Below, one piece after another: positions 16,999 through 27,178 of a stretch of 39,113 nt of DNA. Origin of the DNA: Candidatus Uhrbacteria bacterium (GTDB lineage: Bacteria; Patescibacteriota; Patescibacteriia; JACQRZ01); assembly GCA_016206235.1 (NCBI GenBank), contig JACQRZ010000019.1, positions 1 through 39,113 of the forward strand, in the 5' to 3' direction. The notes below the pieces were generated by a model. It had not been told where the DNA came from, searched no databases, and worked only from the letters and a program-made list of their open reading frames with translations. Position numbers and translations under genes: made by a program. Position 1 is the stretch's first letter; each line of letters opens with the position of its first letter.

Positions 16999-17033
16999 AC
17001 TACCCACTACAAACTATTCACTACTCACTAAGA
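16999..17033 (+). repeat. 7-bp period array
   Basis: ACTACCC ACTACAA ACTATTC ACTACTC ACTAAGA before the parB ATG. Confidence 0.75.
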
Positions 17034-17035
17034 TT

Positions 17036-17920
17036 ATGTCTTCTCCATCACTCGGCCGGGGACTCGACGCTCTTCTTTCGCGAAAGCTTCCAGTTTCCAG
17101 CACGCCACCTTCGCCACGCCATACCAATGACGGTACGCCTATTCAGGTGTCTGTAGACGGTATCAAGGCAAACAACAAGCAGCCGCGATACAGTTTTAAC
17201 GATGACCAGCTCAATGAGCTTGCCGAATCTATCCGCGAGTATGGCATCATACAGCCACTCGTTGTCATGAGGGAGGGCGAAGGATATCGACTGATTGCTG
17301 GCGAACGCCGACTGCGCGCTGCAAAAAAAATCGGACTCTCAACGGTTCCTGTTGTTGTTCGTGATGCTGCAGACCATGAACGACTCGCCTTAGCGCTTAT
17401 TGAAAATGTCCAGCGCGTTGATCTTAACCCAATTGAATTGGCGTTCGGGTATAAACAGCTTTTGGAGGAGTTTCAAATATCGCATGAAGAATTGGGCAGG
17501 CGGATCGGAAAAAGCAGGCCTGTTATCACCAATACTATACGCATGCTTCAGCTACCCCAAATGATTCAAGAAGGCATTAAGGAGGGAAAGATTAATGAAG
17601 GACATACGCGGCATCTTTTATCTGTCCGTGATGAGGAAAAACAACGAGAGCTTTACAATTCGATCGTTGCAAACAAGCTTACCTATGGTGACGCAGAGCG
17701 TATCATGCGCCAGATGACTGGCAAGCCAGCACCTCAGGCACGAAGAGTGAAGGGAAATCTGAGCCCCGACCCGCTTATTGCACAAAAAGAAGGGCACCTG
17801 CGTGAGTATTTTGGAACAAAAGTGCATATTGAAAAAAACGGCGAAAAGGGTAGTATTGTGATTGATTTTTATTCGCTTGAGCAGATGCGAGATTTGATCA
17901 GTAAGCTTTTAGGTGCATGA
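17036..17920 (+). CDS. parB: Chromosome partitioning protein ParB/Spo0J
   Basis: LGRGLDALL, QPR, GIIQPLVV, LIAGERRLRA, ENVQRVDLNPIE. Start moved from 16958 to ATG 17036, after the heptamer array. Confidence 0.95.
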   Translation: MSSPSLGRGLDALLSRKLPVSSTPPSPRHTNDGTPIQVSVDGIKANNKQPRYSFNDDQLNELAESIREYGIIQPLVVMREGEGYRLIAGERRLRAAKKIGLSTVPVVVRDAADHERLALALIENVQRVDLNPIELAFGYKQLLEEFQISHEELGRRIGKSRPVITNTIRMLQLPQMIQEGIKEGKINEGHTRHLLSVRDEEKQRELYNSIVANKLTYGDAERIMRQMTGKPAPQARRVKGNLSPDPLIAQKEGHLREYFGTKVHIEKNGEKGSIVIDFYSLEQMRDLISKLLGA

Positions 17921-18026
17921 ATCCCGTTAGAGTTTTACCAGAATAGTAAATAATAAAGAAACTATGAATAACAGCAAAGATCATTTTTTCGATATCACAA
18001 CAACTATTAAAAAACTCTAACGGGAT
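17921..18026. mobile_element. 106-bp palindromic element between parB and murA
   Basis: 16-bp perfect inverted repeat ATCCCGTTAGAGTTTT (17921-17936) / AAAACTCTAACGGGAT (18011-18026); same CCCGTTAGAG core as the pyrD insertion. Confidence 0.75.
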
Positions 18027-19278
18027 GAAATTTGTTATTAACGGCGGCAAGAAGCTGTCCGGAAGCATTCCCGTTTCGGGAATGAAAAACGCGGCGACAC
18101 CCATTATCGCGGCAGCACTCCTCACAGATGAGGAGTGTATTATTCATAATGTACCCCATATTCGCGACGTGGAAGTTATGCTTAGCATTTTGGAAAGCAT
18201 GGGAAGTCGTGTCGCATGGACGGGTGAGCATGATGTCACGATTTGCACTGCAGGTGCGCGCGCAGATACCATAGATGAAAAGACAATGAAACGTCTTCGC
18301 TCATCCATTCTTTTTATGGGTCCTTTTCTTTCGCGTTTTGAGCATGCATCAATTGCTGAGCCCGGAGGATGTATTATTGGCAACCGTCCCTTACATACAC
18401 ACTTTCATGCTTTGGAAAAACTTGGCGCGACGATTTCGCGAACAAACGGCCATTATGAAATTTCGCGAACCAACCTTCAAGGCACACGTGTAGTGCTTTT
18501 GGAGGCATCGGTGACTGCGACGGAAAACGCGCTTATGGCAGCCTGTATGGCGACTGGCACGACCACGATTATCAATGCAGCATACGAACCTCATGTTGCT
18601 GACCTTGCGAACTTTCTGTGCGCAATGGGAGCAAGGATCGACGGTATTGGTACGTCAACACTTACTATAGAAGGAGTGCATGCCCTGCACGGAACAGAAT
18701 ACACGATTATTCCCGATACTATTGAAGCCGGAACATTTCTTATCCTTGGACTGGCTACCAAAAGTGAAATTACTGTTCAGCATGCACGTTCTGATCACAT
18801 GGATCTCGTGCTGGAATGGCTCTACCAAATAGGCGCACGCTTTGATAGACAAGATGATTCCATTACACTGCGCCTATCGTCTGATTTGCGCGCAGCGCAT
18901 CTTGAATTCTATACGTATCCTCGGCTGCCAAGCGACCTCCAATCAATATTTGGCGTACTTGCAACGCAGCTTCGCGGTACAACGCTCATCCATGAAAAGA
19001 TGTTTGAAGGGCGTCTTGGCTACATTCAAGAATTGATTAAAATGGGTGCAAATGCCGTTATCTGTGATCCGCACCGAGTCCTTATTACCGGACCAACGCC
19101 GCTCTATGGCCAGGAGATACGTACATATGATTTACGTGCTGGAGCCGCGATGATCGTTGCCGGCCTGCTTGCAAGTGGACAGACAATCATTCATGATGTT
19201 GATATTGTTGATCGTGGCTACGAGTCACTCGAAACCCGACTTGCCGGATTAGGCGCAGATATCACACGAGTAGCGTAA
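18025..19278 (+). CDS. murA: UDP-N-acetylglucosamine 1-carboxyvinyltransferase
   Basis: SGMKNAA, LRSSIL, PGGCIIGNRP (active-site Cys), SVTATEN, DTIEAGT, DLRAGAA, DRGYE. Confidence 0.95.
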   Translation: MKFVINGGKKLSGSIPVSGMKNAATPIIAAALLTDEECIIHNVPHIRDVEVMLSILESMGSRVAWTGEHDVTICTAGARADTIDEKTMKRLRSSILFMGPFLSRFEHASIAEPGGCIIGNRPLHTHFHALEKLGATISRTNGHYEISRTNLQGTRVVLLEASVTATENALMAACMATGTTTIINAAYEPHVADLANFLCAMGARIDGIGTSTLTIEGVHALHGTEYTIIPDTIEAGTFLILGLATKSEITVQHARSDHMDLVLEWLYQIGARFDRQDDSITLRLSSDLRAAHLEFYTYPRLPSDLQSIFGVLATQLRGTTLIHEKMFEGRLGYIQELIKMGANAVICDPHRVLITGPTPLYGQEIRTYDLRAGAAMIVAGLLASGQTIIHDVDIVDRGYESLETRLAGLGADITRVA

Positions 19279-19375
19279 GCACGAAATCCTAAATTCGAAG
19301 CACGAAACAAAATTAAAATTCAAAAATAAAAAAGTTAAACAATTATGTTTCGAATTTCGATATTCGAATCTCGAA
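19277..19375. repeat. Paired inverted 7-bp period arrays
   Basis: AAGCACG AAATCCT AAATTCG AAGCACG ... TTTCGAA TTTCGAT ATTCGAA TCTCGAA. Confidence 0.75.
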
Positions 19376-19387
19376 TTTTACCAAGGT

Positions 19388-20659
19388 ATGTCCATTAACG
19401 ATATTGTTCCACAATCAAAAGACACCCCACGCTTTCCGTATGTTACATGGATAGTCATTTTCGGTATTGCAGTCGGTGGCAGTTTTTATGGCGGCTATCT
19501 CATGGGCGGGAAAGGCGTATCTCTTCCTGTTCAAGCGCCTTTAGGGCAAGAAAAAGAAGGAATCGTAAAAAATTTCGAGCGACCAGCACCGTCATATCTC
19601 AACAAAGATGTTGATTTTAATCTGTTCTGGGATGTTTGGAAACGCGTAAAAAGTGAGTATATTTCCAAAGATACTTCAGACACTCAGCTATTTTACGGAA
19701 GTCTTCGCGGTATTGTTTCTGCGCTCGATGATCCCTATTCTGAATTTTTCGACCCTGACCTTGCAAAACAATTTGATGAAAGCCTCTCGGGAAGTTTTGA
19801 AGGTATTGGAGCTGAAATTGGAATGAAGAACAAACAGCTTATTATTGTTGCTCCACTCGCGGGAACACCGGCAGAAAAAGCTGGTCTTAAAGCAGGAGAT
19901 CATATTTTGGCAGTTGATAAAAAAAGCACTGTTGATATGTCGATTGACATGGCAGTAAGTAACATTCGTGGCAAGGGTGGTACCAAGGTAACGCTGACGA
20001 TTTATCGGATAGGCGATAAGGAAGCACATGATGTTACGATTACTCGGCAAAAAATTGTGGTGCCATCAGTTGTGTGGGAACTGAAACCCGAATCAATCGG
20101 TTATATTAAGATATCGCATTTTAATCAGGATACTCAAGATCGATTTGCCGATGCGGTGCGCGAGGTATTAAGTAAGAACCCAAAAGGTTTAGTCATTGAT
20201 TTGCGAAATAATCCCGGAGGATATCTTGATACTGCAGTTCGCATTGCAAGTTACTGGGTTGAAGGCAAGACTATTGTTATTGAGAAATATGACGGAGAGC
20301 GTTCAGAAGAGTATCGAGCGCGCGGGCGTGCAAGTTTGAAAAATCTTAAAACCGTTGTGGTGGTCAACGAGGGAAGTGCATCAGCGTCAGAAATTGTGGC
20401 AGGTGCTTTGCAAGATTATGGAAAAGCAACGCTGGTTGGCAAAAAAACATTTGGCAAAGGATCGGTACAAACACTTCAGAAACTTGAAGATGGATCAGCG
20501 TTAAAGCTTACCATTGCCACATGGCTTACACCAAAAGGAAGATCCATCAACCAGGAGGGCATTACCCCGGATATTACCGTTGAACCGGCAAAAGGTGAGG
20601 TGTTAGCGGACAAAGAGAAGGATGTCCAACTCGAAAAGGCACTTGAGTTGCTGAAATAG
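19388..20659 (+). CDS. ctpA: Carboxyl-terminal processing protease (S41 family, PDZ)
   Basis: LDDPYS, FEGIGAEI, DLRNNPGG, SASASE, TFGKGSVQ. Confidence 0.93.
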   Translation: MSINDIVPQSKDTPRFPYVTWIVIFGIAVGGSFYGGYLMGGKGVSLPVQAPLGQEKEGIVKNFERPAPSYLNKDVDFNLFWDVWKRVKSEYISKDTSDTQLFYGSLRGIVSALDDPYSEFFDPDLAKQFDESLSGSFEGIGAEIGMKNKQLIIVAPLAGTPAEKAGLKAGDHILAVDKKSTVDMSIDMAVSNIRGKGGTKVTLTIYRIGDKEAHDVTITRQKIVVPSVVWELKPESIGYIKISHFNQDTQDRFADAVREVLSKNPKGLVIDLRNNPGGYLDTAVRIASYWVEGKTIVIEKYDGERSEEYRARGRASLKNLKTVVVVNEGSASASEIVAGALQDYGKATLVGKKTFGKGSVQTLQKLEDGSALKLTIATWLTPKGRSINQEGITPDITVEPAKGEVLADKEKDVQLEKALELLK

Positions 20660-20687
20660 GTTATAGGTTATAGCTTGTAGATTGTAG
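20657..20687 (+). repeat. 7-bp period array starting at the ctpA stop
   Basis: TAGGTTA TAGGTTA TAGCTTG TAGATTG TAG. Confidence 0.75.
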
Positions 20688-20689
20688 AA

Positions 20690-20715
20690 AAAATCCCTGC
20701 AAGAGCAGGGATTTT
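20690..20715. terminator. Bidirectional terminator between ctpA and rpmA
   Basis: AAAATCCCTGC-AAGA-GCAGGGATTTT between convergent genes. Confidence 0.75.
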
Positions 20716-20737
20716 ATGATTTCGATGTTAAAGAATG

Positions 20738-21040
20738 TTATGCAGCTTTTTTTGGAGCAATTTTATCTGCAAAGACGTTGATGAAGGTGGTCGGTTTCAG
20801 ACTGCCGTCAAACTTTTTTTTCTTGAGTCGTGTAAAATGGACAAAACCATCGATCAACGAATAGAGCGTGTCATCGCCGCCTCGCTGCGTGTTCTTTCCA
20901 GCATGATATCGTGTGCCGCGTTGGCGAACTAAAATGGCGCCTTTTTTTGCAAAAGCACCTTCAAAAAGTTTTATTCCGAGCCTTTTTGCCTGCGAATCGC
21001 GGCCCCAGGCTGTAGAGCCGCCAGCTTTTTTATGTGCCAT
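20738..21040 (-). CDS. rpmA: 50S ribosomal protein L27
   Basis: [30 protein letters not shown]. Confidence 0.96.
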   Translation of the reverse strand: MAHKKAGGSTAWGRDSQAKRLGIKLFEGAFAKKGAILVRQRGTRYHAGKNTQRGGDDTLYSLIDGFVHFTRLKKKKFDGSLKPTTFINVFADKIAPKKAA

Positions 21041-21292
21041 ATTTTATTAGGGCAGAGGATTTCTCAATAGTTCTTGTGAAAGTCTAGCATATGATTATGA
21101 CAAACGCAAGTCTTCAGTTATCTTGAAAAACAAAGGTTCATTTGCTATGCTATGCATTATGCCCAGTAATACAACATCGACTGTTTGGCTTCGCCAAACT
21201 GGGTATAATATGAAAACGATAGCAACCAGACAAACATAAATATACTAAATAAGAAAATCATCCGAAGGATGGTCGATGATGATATACTGGGT

Positions 21293-21670
21293 ATGATATT
21301 TTCCAAACTGTATTTACAACTCTTTTTCCGAGACCCCTTTTTACTTGTCAGCACCATTTTGGCCCTTGTTGGCAATATGCTCAACTGGGCGTTTATAGTA
21401 TGGAGGTACGATATTTTAGTCCGCCCAGAGCGGGAATTTATTTCTCTGCACTATAAAGTATTTTTGGGGCCCGATTTTTATGGTCCATGGCAGTATATTT
21501 TTTTTATTCCAGCACTTCTGCTTATTATTATGCTACTCAACTACTCGTTTGCGCGGCGCTTGTATCATTTTCAACGCATGAGTACGTACGCGCTTTCCAC
21601 TGCAAGTGTTTTTTGCCAAGCATGTGCTCTTCTGGCAACGCACCTTATTATTACGATTAATATTTTTTAA
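21293..21670 (+). CDS. Hypothetical three-TM membrane protein leading the dcw cluster
   Basis: Three hydrophobic segments with an ISLHY...GPD loop. Start uncertain (21269 or 21293). Confidence 0.65.
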   Translation: MIFSKLYLQLFFRDPFLLVSTILALVGNMLNWAFIVWRYDILVRPEREFISLHYKVFLGPDFYGPWQYIFFIPALLLIIMLLNYSFARRLYHFQRMSTYALSTASVFCQACALLATHLIITINIF

Positions 21671-21673
21671 GTC

Positions 21674-22720
21674 ATGGGTTCTGAGGTTCTTAAAATTTCT
21701 CTTCTATCAACACTCGCATTTCTTGTTGCGTGGGCATGGGAACCACTCCTCATTCGATTACTCCAACGATATGGTATTGGCAAACAGATTCGAGATGGGC
21801 GATCTGCACCCGTCTATTCTAAGCTTCACCAAGCAAAAAAGGGAATGCTTACGATGGGTGGAGTGTTGGTGTGGGTAACAGTTCTCATCATTGCCGTGGG
21901 CGTATACTATCTCTCTGTTTTTTTTCCAAACCCATTCTTTTCAAACCTCAATTTTTTGAGTCGATCCCAGGTGTTTCTGCCCTTGGGAGCAATGGTGTTT
22001 GCTGCGATCGTTGGTATGGTCGATGATTTTTACAATGTAAAAAAATTGGGTCCAAAGGGTGGAGGACTTTCGATGCGACACCGCTTTCTTCTCTACACCC
22101 TTATTGCATCAGTATGCGCATGGTGGTTTTACGTAAAACTCGGATGGGATTTTCTCCATATTCCTTTTATGGGTGATATTTCTATTGGCTTGTGGTACGT
22201 GCCATTTTTTATTTTGGTCATTGTCGCAACAGCCTTTTCTGTGAATGAAATTGACGGCCTGGATGGTTTGGCAGGGGGTACGCTACTGTCTGCGTTTGGC
22301 GCGTATGGCGCAATCGCATTCATTGAAGGAAAATATGATTTGGCAACCTTTTGTGGTGTTATTATTGGCGCACTGCTCGCATTTTTGTGGTATAACATTT
22401 ATCCGGCAAAGTTTATGATGGGCGACACAGGGGCAATGTCGTTGGGTGTTACGCTCGGCATTGTGGCTATTTTAACCAACTCCGCGCTTTTACTGCCAAT
22501 CATTGGATTGCTGTTTGTTATTGCCTCACTTTCTGTCATTATTCAGACAGCGTCAAAAAAACTCTGGGGTAAAAAAATATTTTTATCTTCACCCATTCAT
22601 CATCATCTCGAAGCCAGTGGATGGACAGAACCGACGATTGTTATGCGTTTTTGGGTGATCGCCATTATTACAGCAGTTATTGGTGTCATTATCGTTCTTG
22701 TCGAACGAGGATTTTATTAA
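21674..22720 (+). CDS. mraY: Phospho-N-acetylmuramoyl-pentapeptide transferase
   Basis: TMGG, GMVDD, NEIDGLDGLA, MGDTG, PIHHH. Confidence 0.95.
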   Translation: MGSEVLKISLLSTLAFLVAWAWEPLLIRLLQRYGIGKQIRDGRSAPVYSKLHQAKKGMLTMGGVLVWVTVLIIAVGVYYLSVFFPNPFFSNLNFLSRSQVFLPLGAMVFAAIVGMVDDFYNVKKLGPKGGGLSMRHRFLLYTLIASVCAWWFYVKLGWDFLHIPFMGDISIGLWYVPFFILVIVATAFSVNEIDGLDGLAGGTLLSAFGAYGAIAFIEGKYDLATFCGVIIGALLAFLWYNIYPAKFMMGDTGAMSLGVTLGIVAILTNSALLLPIIGLLFVIASLSVIIQTASKKLWGKKIFLSSPIHHHLEASGWTEPTIVMRFWVIAIITAVIGVIIVLVERGFY

Positions 22721-22730
22721 GAGTGTTTGT

Positions 22731-24218
22731 ATGGATGTTGCTGGTAAAAAAGTTGTTATCATGGGTTTGGGTTTGCATGGAGGAGGATTGGCTGTTGCAA
22801 AATGGATGTATGCGCATGGCGCGCGAGTTGTGATGAGCGACGTGAAATCGAAGGAGCAGTTGCAAGCATCATTGCAGAAGTTAGCAAACTATTGCCAAAC
22901 GTTTGGTGAAAACAATCCTGATGCGGACATGTTTCCAATTGAATATGGACTTGGCGGTCATCATACGTCTCACTTTGATGGTGCTGACATGGTCATCCAA
23001 AATCCTGGCGTGCCGCGCGAGTCAGAGTTTTTACAATATGCACGTTCTCACGGTAGCGCCATTGAAAATGAGGCAAGCCTTTTTTTTCTATTGACGCCGG
23101 ATATTACAACGATCGCTGTTACTGGCACACGGGGAAAATCAACTACTGCTGCATTGCTCTTTGATATGATTCGTCGTTGGAAGCCAGACTCGGTACTGGG
23201 CGGAGGGATTGCAACGGCGCGGGGTACGATTGGCAGTCTCTTTGATATCCTTGATCCTGTGCGTGAGCGGCGCAACCACGGCAAAGATTTCACTGTTGTC
23301 CTTGAGCTTTCAAGTTGGCAGTTGGAATTTTTCCCTCTTCATAAAAGCCACCCCAAACTCGCCATCATCACCAATGTGATGAACGACCACATGAACAGAT
23401 ATCCGTCAATGGAGAGTTATGTGGCTGCAAAAGGGAATATCGGACGTTTTCAAACGCCGAGTGAGTCGTTGATTTTGAATCACGATAACTACTATACTCG
23501 TTCGTTGGCCGAAAATCCCATGAATGGACAGCAGTATTGGTTTTCGCGTACGGGAAAGTTTTTTGACAAGGGATGCATGCTCGACGAAAATCTGAATGCC
23601 ATATTCAAAGATGGTCATGAAAGCACTGTTATCTGCTCGCTGAAAAATCGCCTGCTCCAAGGCGATCACAATATTGAAAATATCCTTGCCGCAGTTACCG
23701 GTGCTGTGATAGAGGGCGTGCCAAAAACAGCCATACAGCAAGCCATTGATGAATTTGCCGGTGTGCCTGGCCGTTTTGAATACATAGGAGAGATGGAGGG
23801 CAGAACCATCGTGAATGATACCGCCTCAACAACGCCCGATGCTACGATTGCAGCCCTTAAAATACTGCAAACACGTCAGGAGCGACAGGCCATTATTCTT
23901 ATCGCGGGTGGAGCAGACAAGAATCTGGACTTTGCACAAATGGCTCGGGAGATCAAAGGGAGTGTGCAGACAATGATACTTCTTGCGGGAACCGCTACGC
24001 CAAAACTTGTCGGGTGCCTTAAAGATGTAGGCTTTGAGGGTACCATCGAAATGGCAAATAGTATGGAGAAGGCCGTTGACGTGGCGTGGAAACACACATC
24101 AAAAGGTGATATACTCGTCTTATCACCCGGAGCCGCAAGCTTTGGTATGTTTGCCCACGAATTTGACCGAGGGGAAAAGTTCGTACAAGCAATAGAAAGG
24201 ATTCGTGGCAACGTATAA
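22731..24218 (+). CDS. murD: UDP-N-acetylmuramoyl-L-alanine--D-glutamate ligase
   Basis: MGLGLHGGG, NPGVP, VTGTRGKSTT, ELSSWQL, DHMNRY, NDTASTTP, LSPGAASF. Start moved to ATG 22731. Confidence 0.93.
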   Translation: MDVAGKKVVIMGLGLHGGGLAVAKWMYAHGARVVMSDVKSKEQLQASLQKLANYCQTFGENNPDADMFPIEYGLGGHHTSHFDGADMVIQNPGVPRESEFLQYARSHGSAIENEASLFFLLTPDITTIAVTGTRGKSTTAALLFDMIRRWKPDSVLGGGIATARGTIGSLFDILDPVRERRNHGKDFTVVLELSSWQLEFFPLHKSHPKLAIITNVMNDHMNRYPSMESYVAAKGNIGRFQTPSESLILNHDNYYTRSLAENPMNGQQYWFSRTGKFFDKGCMLDENLNAIFKDGHESTVICSLKNRLLQGDHNIENILAAVTGAVIEGVPKTAIQQAIDEFAGVPGRFEYIGEMEGRTIVNDTASTTPDATIAALKILQTRQERQAIILIAGGADKNLDFAQMAREIKGSVQTMILLAGTATPKLVGCLKDVGFEGTIEMANSMEKAVDVAWKHTSKGDILVLSPGAASFGMFAHEFDRGEKFVQAIERIRGNV

Positions 24219-25374
24219 CCCCTTCCACATGGTACGGAAATCTTCGAAGTCTTTCCTCGCGCAACTTTTTGGAGGTAGATATGGAAAGCCGGATTACATT
24301 TTCTTGGCTTCTTTTTTTATTCTTCTTACGATCGGACTTATCATGCTGTCGTCAGCATCGGTGGTGGTGTCGTATAAAAAATTCGATAACAGTTCGTACT
24401 ATCTTATTCATCAAATCCTCTTCGGCCTTCTGCCAGGTTTAGCTCTCTTCACTCTTTTTTCACGCATTGATTACCATATCTTGAAAAGGTTTGCCTTTTT
24501 GTTCCTCGTTATATCACTTGTTCTTTTGGCAATGGTTTTTTTGCCAGGTCTTGGATATGAATACGGCGGTGCACGGCGCTGGATGCATCTGGGCAGTATA
24601 TTGTTTCAGCCGTCAGAAGTTGTGAAGCTCACGTTTTTACTTTATTTAGCAGCGTGGCTTGGGAACAGAGGCGAGAAGAAGGTTGGAGATTTCTCCTACG
24701 GATTTATTCCGTTTGCTGCCGTGGTGAGCATTATTAGTTTTCTTATCATTTTGCAGCCGGACATGGGGACAATGGCAGTTATTGCATTAACGGCATTTTG
24801 CATGTATGTTGTTGCCGGCGCTCGGATGAAGCACATTGCTTTGGCGGCAGGAGGCGGTTTCATACTTCTTCTCATACTGATTAAATCCGCATCGTATCGT
24901 CTAGAGCGTTTTACAACGTTTCTGCATCCCGAACTCGATCCGCTAGGAATAGGCTATCATATCAATCAGGCGCTTCTCGCTATTGGTACGGGTGGTTTTT
25001 GGGGACGAGGGTTTGGCCACTCGCGCCAAAAGTTTGCCTACTTACCGGAAGTAACCGGCGATTCTATTTTTGCGATTATCGCCGAAGAGCTTGGATTTTT
25101 CTTTGTCATACTTTTTTTAAGTCTCTTTATTTTTGTGATACTTCGCGGACTTCGTATTGCGCAACACGCTCCTGATACATTCGGGCTGTTAGTGGGAGTT
25201 GGTATCATGAGCTGGATTGGCTGCCAAACATTTATTAATATTGGTGCAATGCTCTCCCTGTTACCCCTCACTGGCATCCCACTGCCTTTTGTGAGCTATG
25301 GAGGATCTGCAATGGCTGTTCTCTTGGCTGCAATGGGTATCATGACAAATATTTCAAGATCACGTAGCACATAG
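24205..25374 (+). CDS. ftsW: Peptidoglycan polymerase FtsW (SEDS family)
   Basis: GARRW, FQPSEVVK, QPDMGT, YLPEVTGDSIF, TGIPLPFVSYGGS. Start may be GTG 24205 or ATG 24229. Confidence 0.93.
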   Translation: MATYNPFHMVRKSSKSFLAQLFGGRYGKPDYIFLASFFILLTIGLIMLSSASVVVSYKKFDNSSYYLIHQILFGLLPGLALFTLFSRIDYHILKRFAFLFLVISLVLLAMVFLPGLGYEYGGARRWMHLGSILFQPSEVVKLTFLLYLAAWLGNRGEKKVGDFSYGFIPFAAVVSIISFLIILQPDMGTMAVIALTAFCMYVVAGARMKHIALAAGGGFILLLILIKSASYRLERFTTFLHPELDPLGIGYHINQALLAIGTGGFWGRGFGHSRQKFAYLPEVTGDSIFAIIAEELGFFFVILFLSLFIFVILRGLRIAQHAPDTFGLLVGVGIMSWIGCQTFINIGAMLSLLPLTGIPLPFVSYGGSAMAVLLAAMGIMTNISRSRST

Positions 25375-25375
25375 C

Positions 25376-26482
25376 ATGGAGCAACGAACTCAAAAAAAAC
25401 TCAGACTATTGTTTACTGGCGGCGGAACACTCGGGTCTGTTACGCCTCTTTTGGCTATCTATGAGGAACTTCAAAAAAGACACGTTGTCTCAGGGGCAAC
25501 AACTCTTTGGATCGGCACACGAAAAGGGGTTGAAGAGCAGCTGATTCGAGAATACATGATACCATTTCGTTGGATTTATGCAGGGAAGCTTCGAAGGTAT
25601 TTCAGCTTGAGAAATTTTCTCGACCCATTTCTGTTGTGTCTCGGACTCTTTCAGTCACTCTATAGAGTAGCGCGTTTTCGGCCAGATGTTATCGTTGGCG
25701 CAGGCGGGTATGTGTCGGTTCCCGTGATGTATGCCGGATGGTTTTGGAAGAAAAAAATATGCATTTTTCAGCTTGATATTGAGCCGACTCTTTCAAATCT
25801 TATCGTGAGTCGCATCGCAAACGCCATTGGTGTTGCATGCGAAGAAGAAGTACATTTTTTTCCAAAGACCAAAACGTCTCTTGTCGGTATTCCTGTCCGT
25901 GAAGCGATACGTCAATGCGGAACGCACGAGAGAAATCATTTGAGAAAAACTATCGGTGTTACGGATTCGCTTCCTGTTATGCTTGCGCTTGGCGGGGGAA
26001 CAGGAAGTTTGGGACTGAATACGATTCTGGCACAAAGTGTATCTGAACTATCAAAAAATATGCATATTTTCCATATAACCGGGCACAATAAACAAACCAT
26101 ATCTCACGATCATCAGGAGCGCTATCACCATATTGAACTTGCGGGCAAAGAGTTGCCAGCGCTTATGGCAGCAGCCGATGTTGTCGTAACTCGAGCCGGG
26201 TTAGGAACGCTCAGCGAACTTTCCTATTTAGGGAAACCAACCATTATTATTCCGCTTCCCAATTCGCATCAAGAACGCAACGCGGCATTTTTTGAAAAGA
26301 AGGGAGGCGCGCGGTATCTTGGAGAGCGCTATTGTACCCCAGAAAAGTTTGTGCGTGTTATACGAACAGTTCTGCAAAATGCTGACGAGCAAAAAATGCT
26401 TTCAGGCATCATATCGCAGATGTTTCCACGTACCAGTCACGAACTGTGCGCTAACCTTGTGCAGGAAACCGCTCATATATGA
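25376..26482 (+). CDS. murG: Lipid II GlcNAc transferase MurG
   Basis: TGGGTLGSVTP, GKLRRY, GGYVSVP, GGGTGS, RAGLGT, HQERNA. Confidence 0.92.
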   Translation: MEQRTQKKLRLLFTGGGTLGSVTPLLAIYEELQKRHVVSGATTLWIGTRKGVEEQLIREYMIPFRWIYAGKLRRYFSLRNFLDPFLLCLGLFQSLYRVARFRPDVIVGAGGYVSVPVMYAGWFWKKKICIFQLDIEPTLSNLIVSRIANAIGVACEEEVHFFPKTKTSLVGIPVREAIRQCGTHERNHLRKTIGVTDSLPVMLALGGGTGSLGLNTILAQSVSELSKNMHIFHITGHNKQTISHDHQERYHHIELAGKELPALMAAADVVVTRAGLGTLSELSYLGKPTIIIPLPNSHQERNAAFFEKKGGARYLGERYCTPEKFVRVIRTVLQNADEQKMLSGIISQMFPRTSHELCANLVQETAHI

Positions 26483-27144
26483 ACCAACACTCAACGCAAC
26501 CCACCATTTCGGCAATTATTCCCGCGCTCAACGAAGCAGGAAATATTGCACGTGTCATTGCGCCTCTTATCGCGTCGGGTGTTTGTAAAGAGATAATCGT
26601 TGTTGACGACGGGTCAACAGATGGCACGGCTGCTATTGCGCGTGAAGCCGGCGCGCGCGTTATCGAGCAGCACCATCAAGGCAAGGGCGGTGCTATGCGC
26701 ACTGGGGCACAAGCTGCAGAGGGAGACATTCTCTGTTTTTTTGACGCGGATATTACCCAGATGACACCAGACATTGTTCAGTGTCTTGTCGCACCCGTGA
26801 GAGACGGTTTAGCAACCATGGTCATTGGGCTCAGAGATAAGCCTTTTTTTGAAAGATTTCTGAATCGTTTTGCTCCCGTTCTTGGCGGTGAGCGTGTTAT
26901 ACGTCGCTCTACTTTTTTCACTATGCTTTCATTGGGTGGCTCCACAAGTAACAATTTTGGGATTGAAACGTGGATGAACGGCTATTGTGCAAAAAAGAAA
27001 CTACCAGTAGAGTATATTTTCATGCCGGGAGTGCGGCATGTGATTAAAGAAAAAAAGTACGGACTGGCCAAAGGCTTTATCGCAAGGATAAAAATGATAG
27101 GGCAAATTCTGAAAGCGGAGATTGAAATAATGAAAATGCAGTGA
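26479..27144 (+). CDS. Glycosyltransferase family 2
   Basis: IIPALNE, VDDGSTD, GKGGA, FFDAD. Confidence 0.88.
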   Translation: MNQHSTQPTISAIIPALNEAGNIARVIAPLIASGVCKEIIVVDDGSTDGTAAIAREAGARVIEQHHQGKGGAMRTGAQAAEGDILCFFDADITQMTPDIVQCLVAPVRDGLATMVIGLRDKPFFERFLNRFAPVLGGERVIRRSTFFTMLSLGGSTSNNFGIETWMNGYCAKKKLPVEYIFMPGVRHVIKEKKYGLAKGFIARIKMIGQILKAEIEIMKMQ

Positions 27145-27178
27145 GAGCGCTCGGAGTAGAAAGAATCTGTTTATAACT

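Noticed and set aside
5432..18026. Reading the GTTAGAG...CTCTAAC ends as integron attC sites
   Set aside because: The order is the reverse of attC (RYYYAAC...GTTRRRY), the core does not fit GTTRRRY, and there is no integrase or cassette array.
16060..18030. parS site near parAB
   Set aside because: I found no match to the GTTTCACGTGAAAC-type palindrome by eye.
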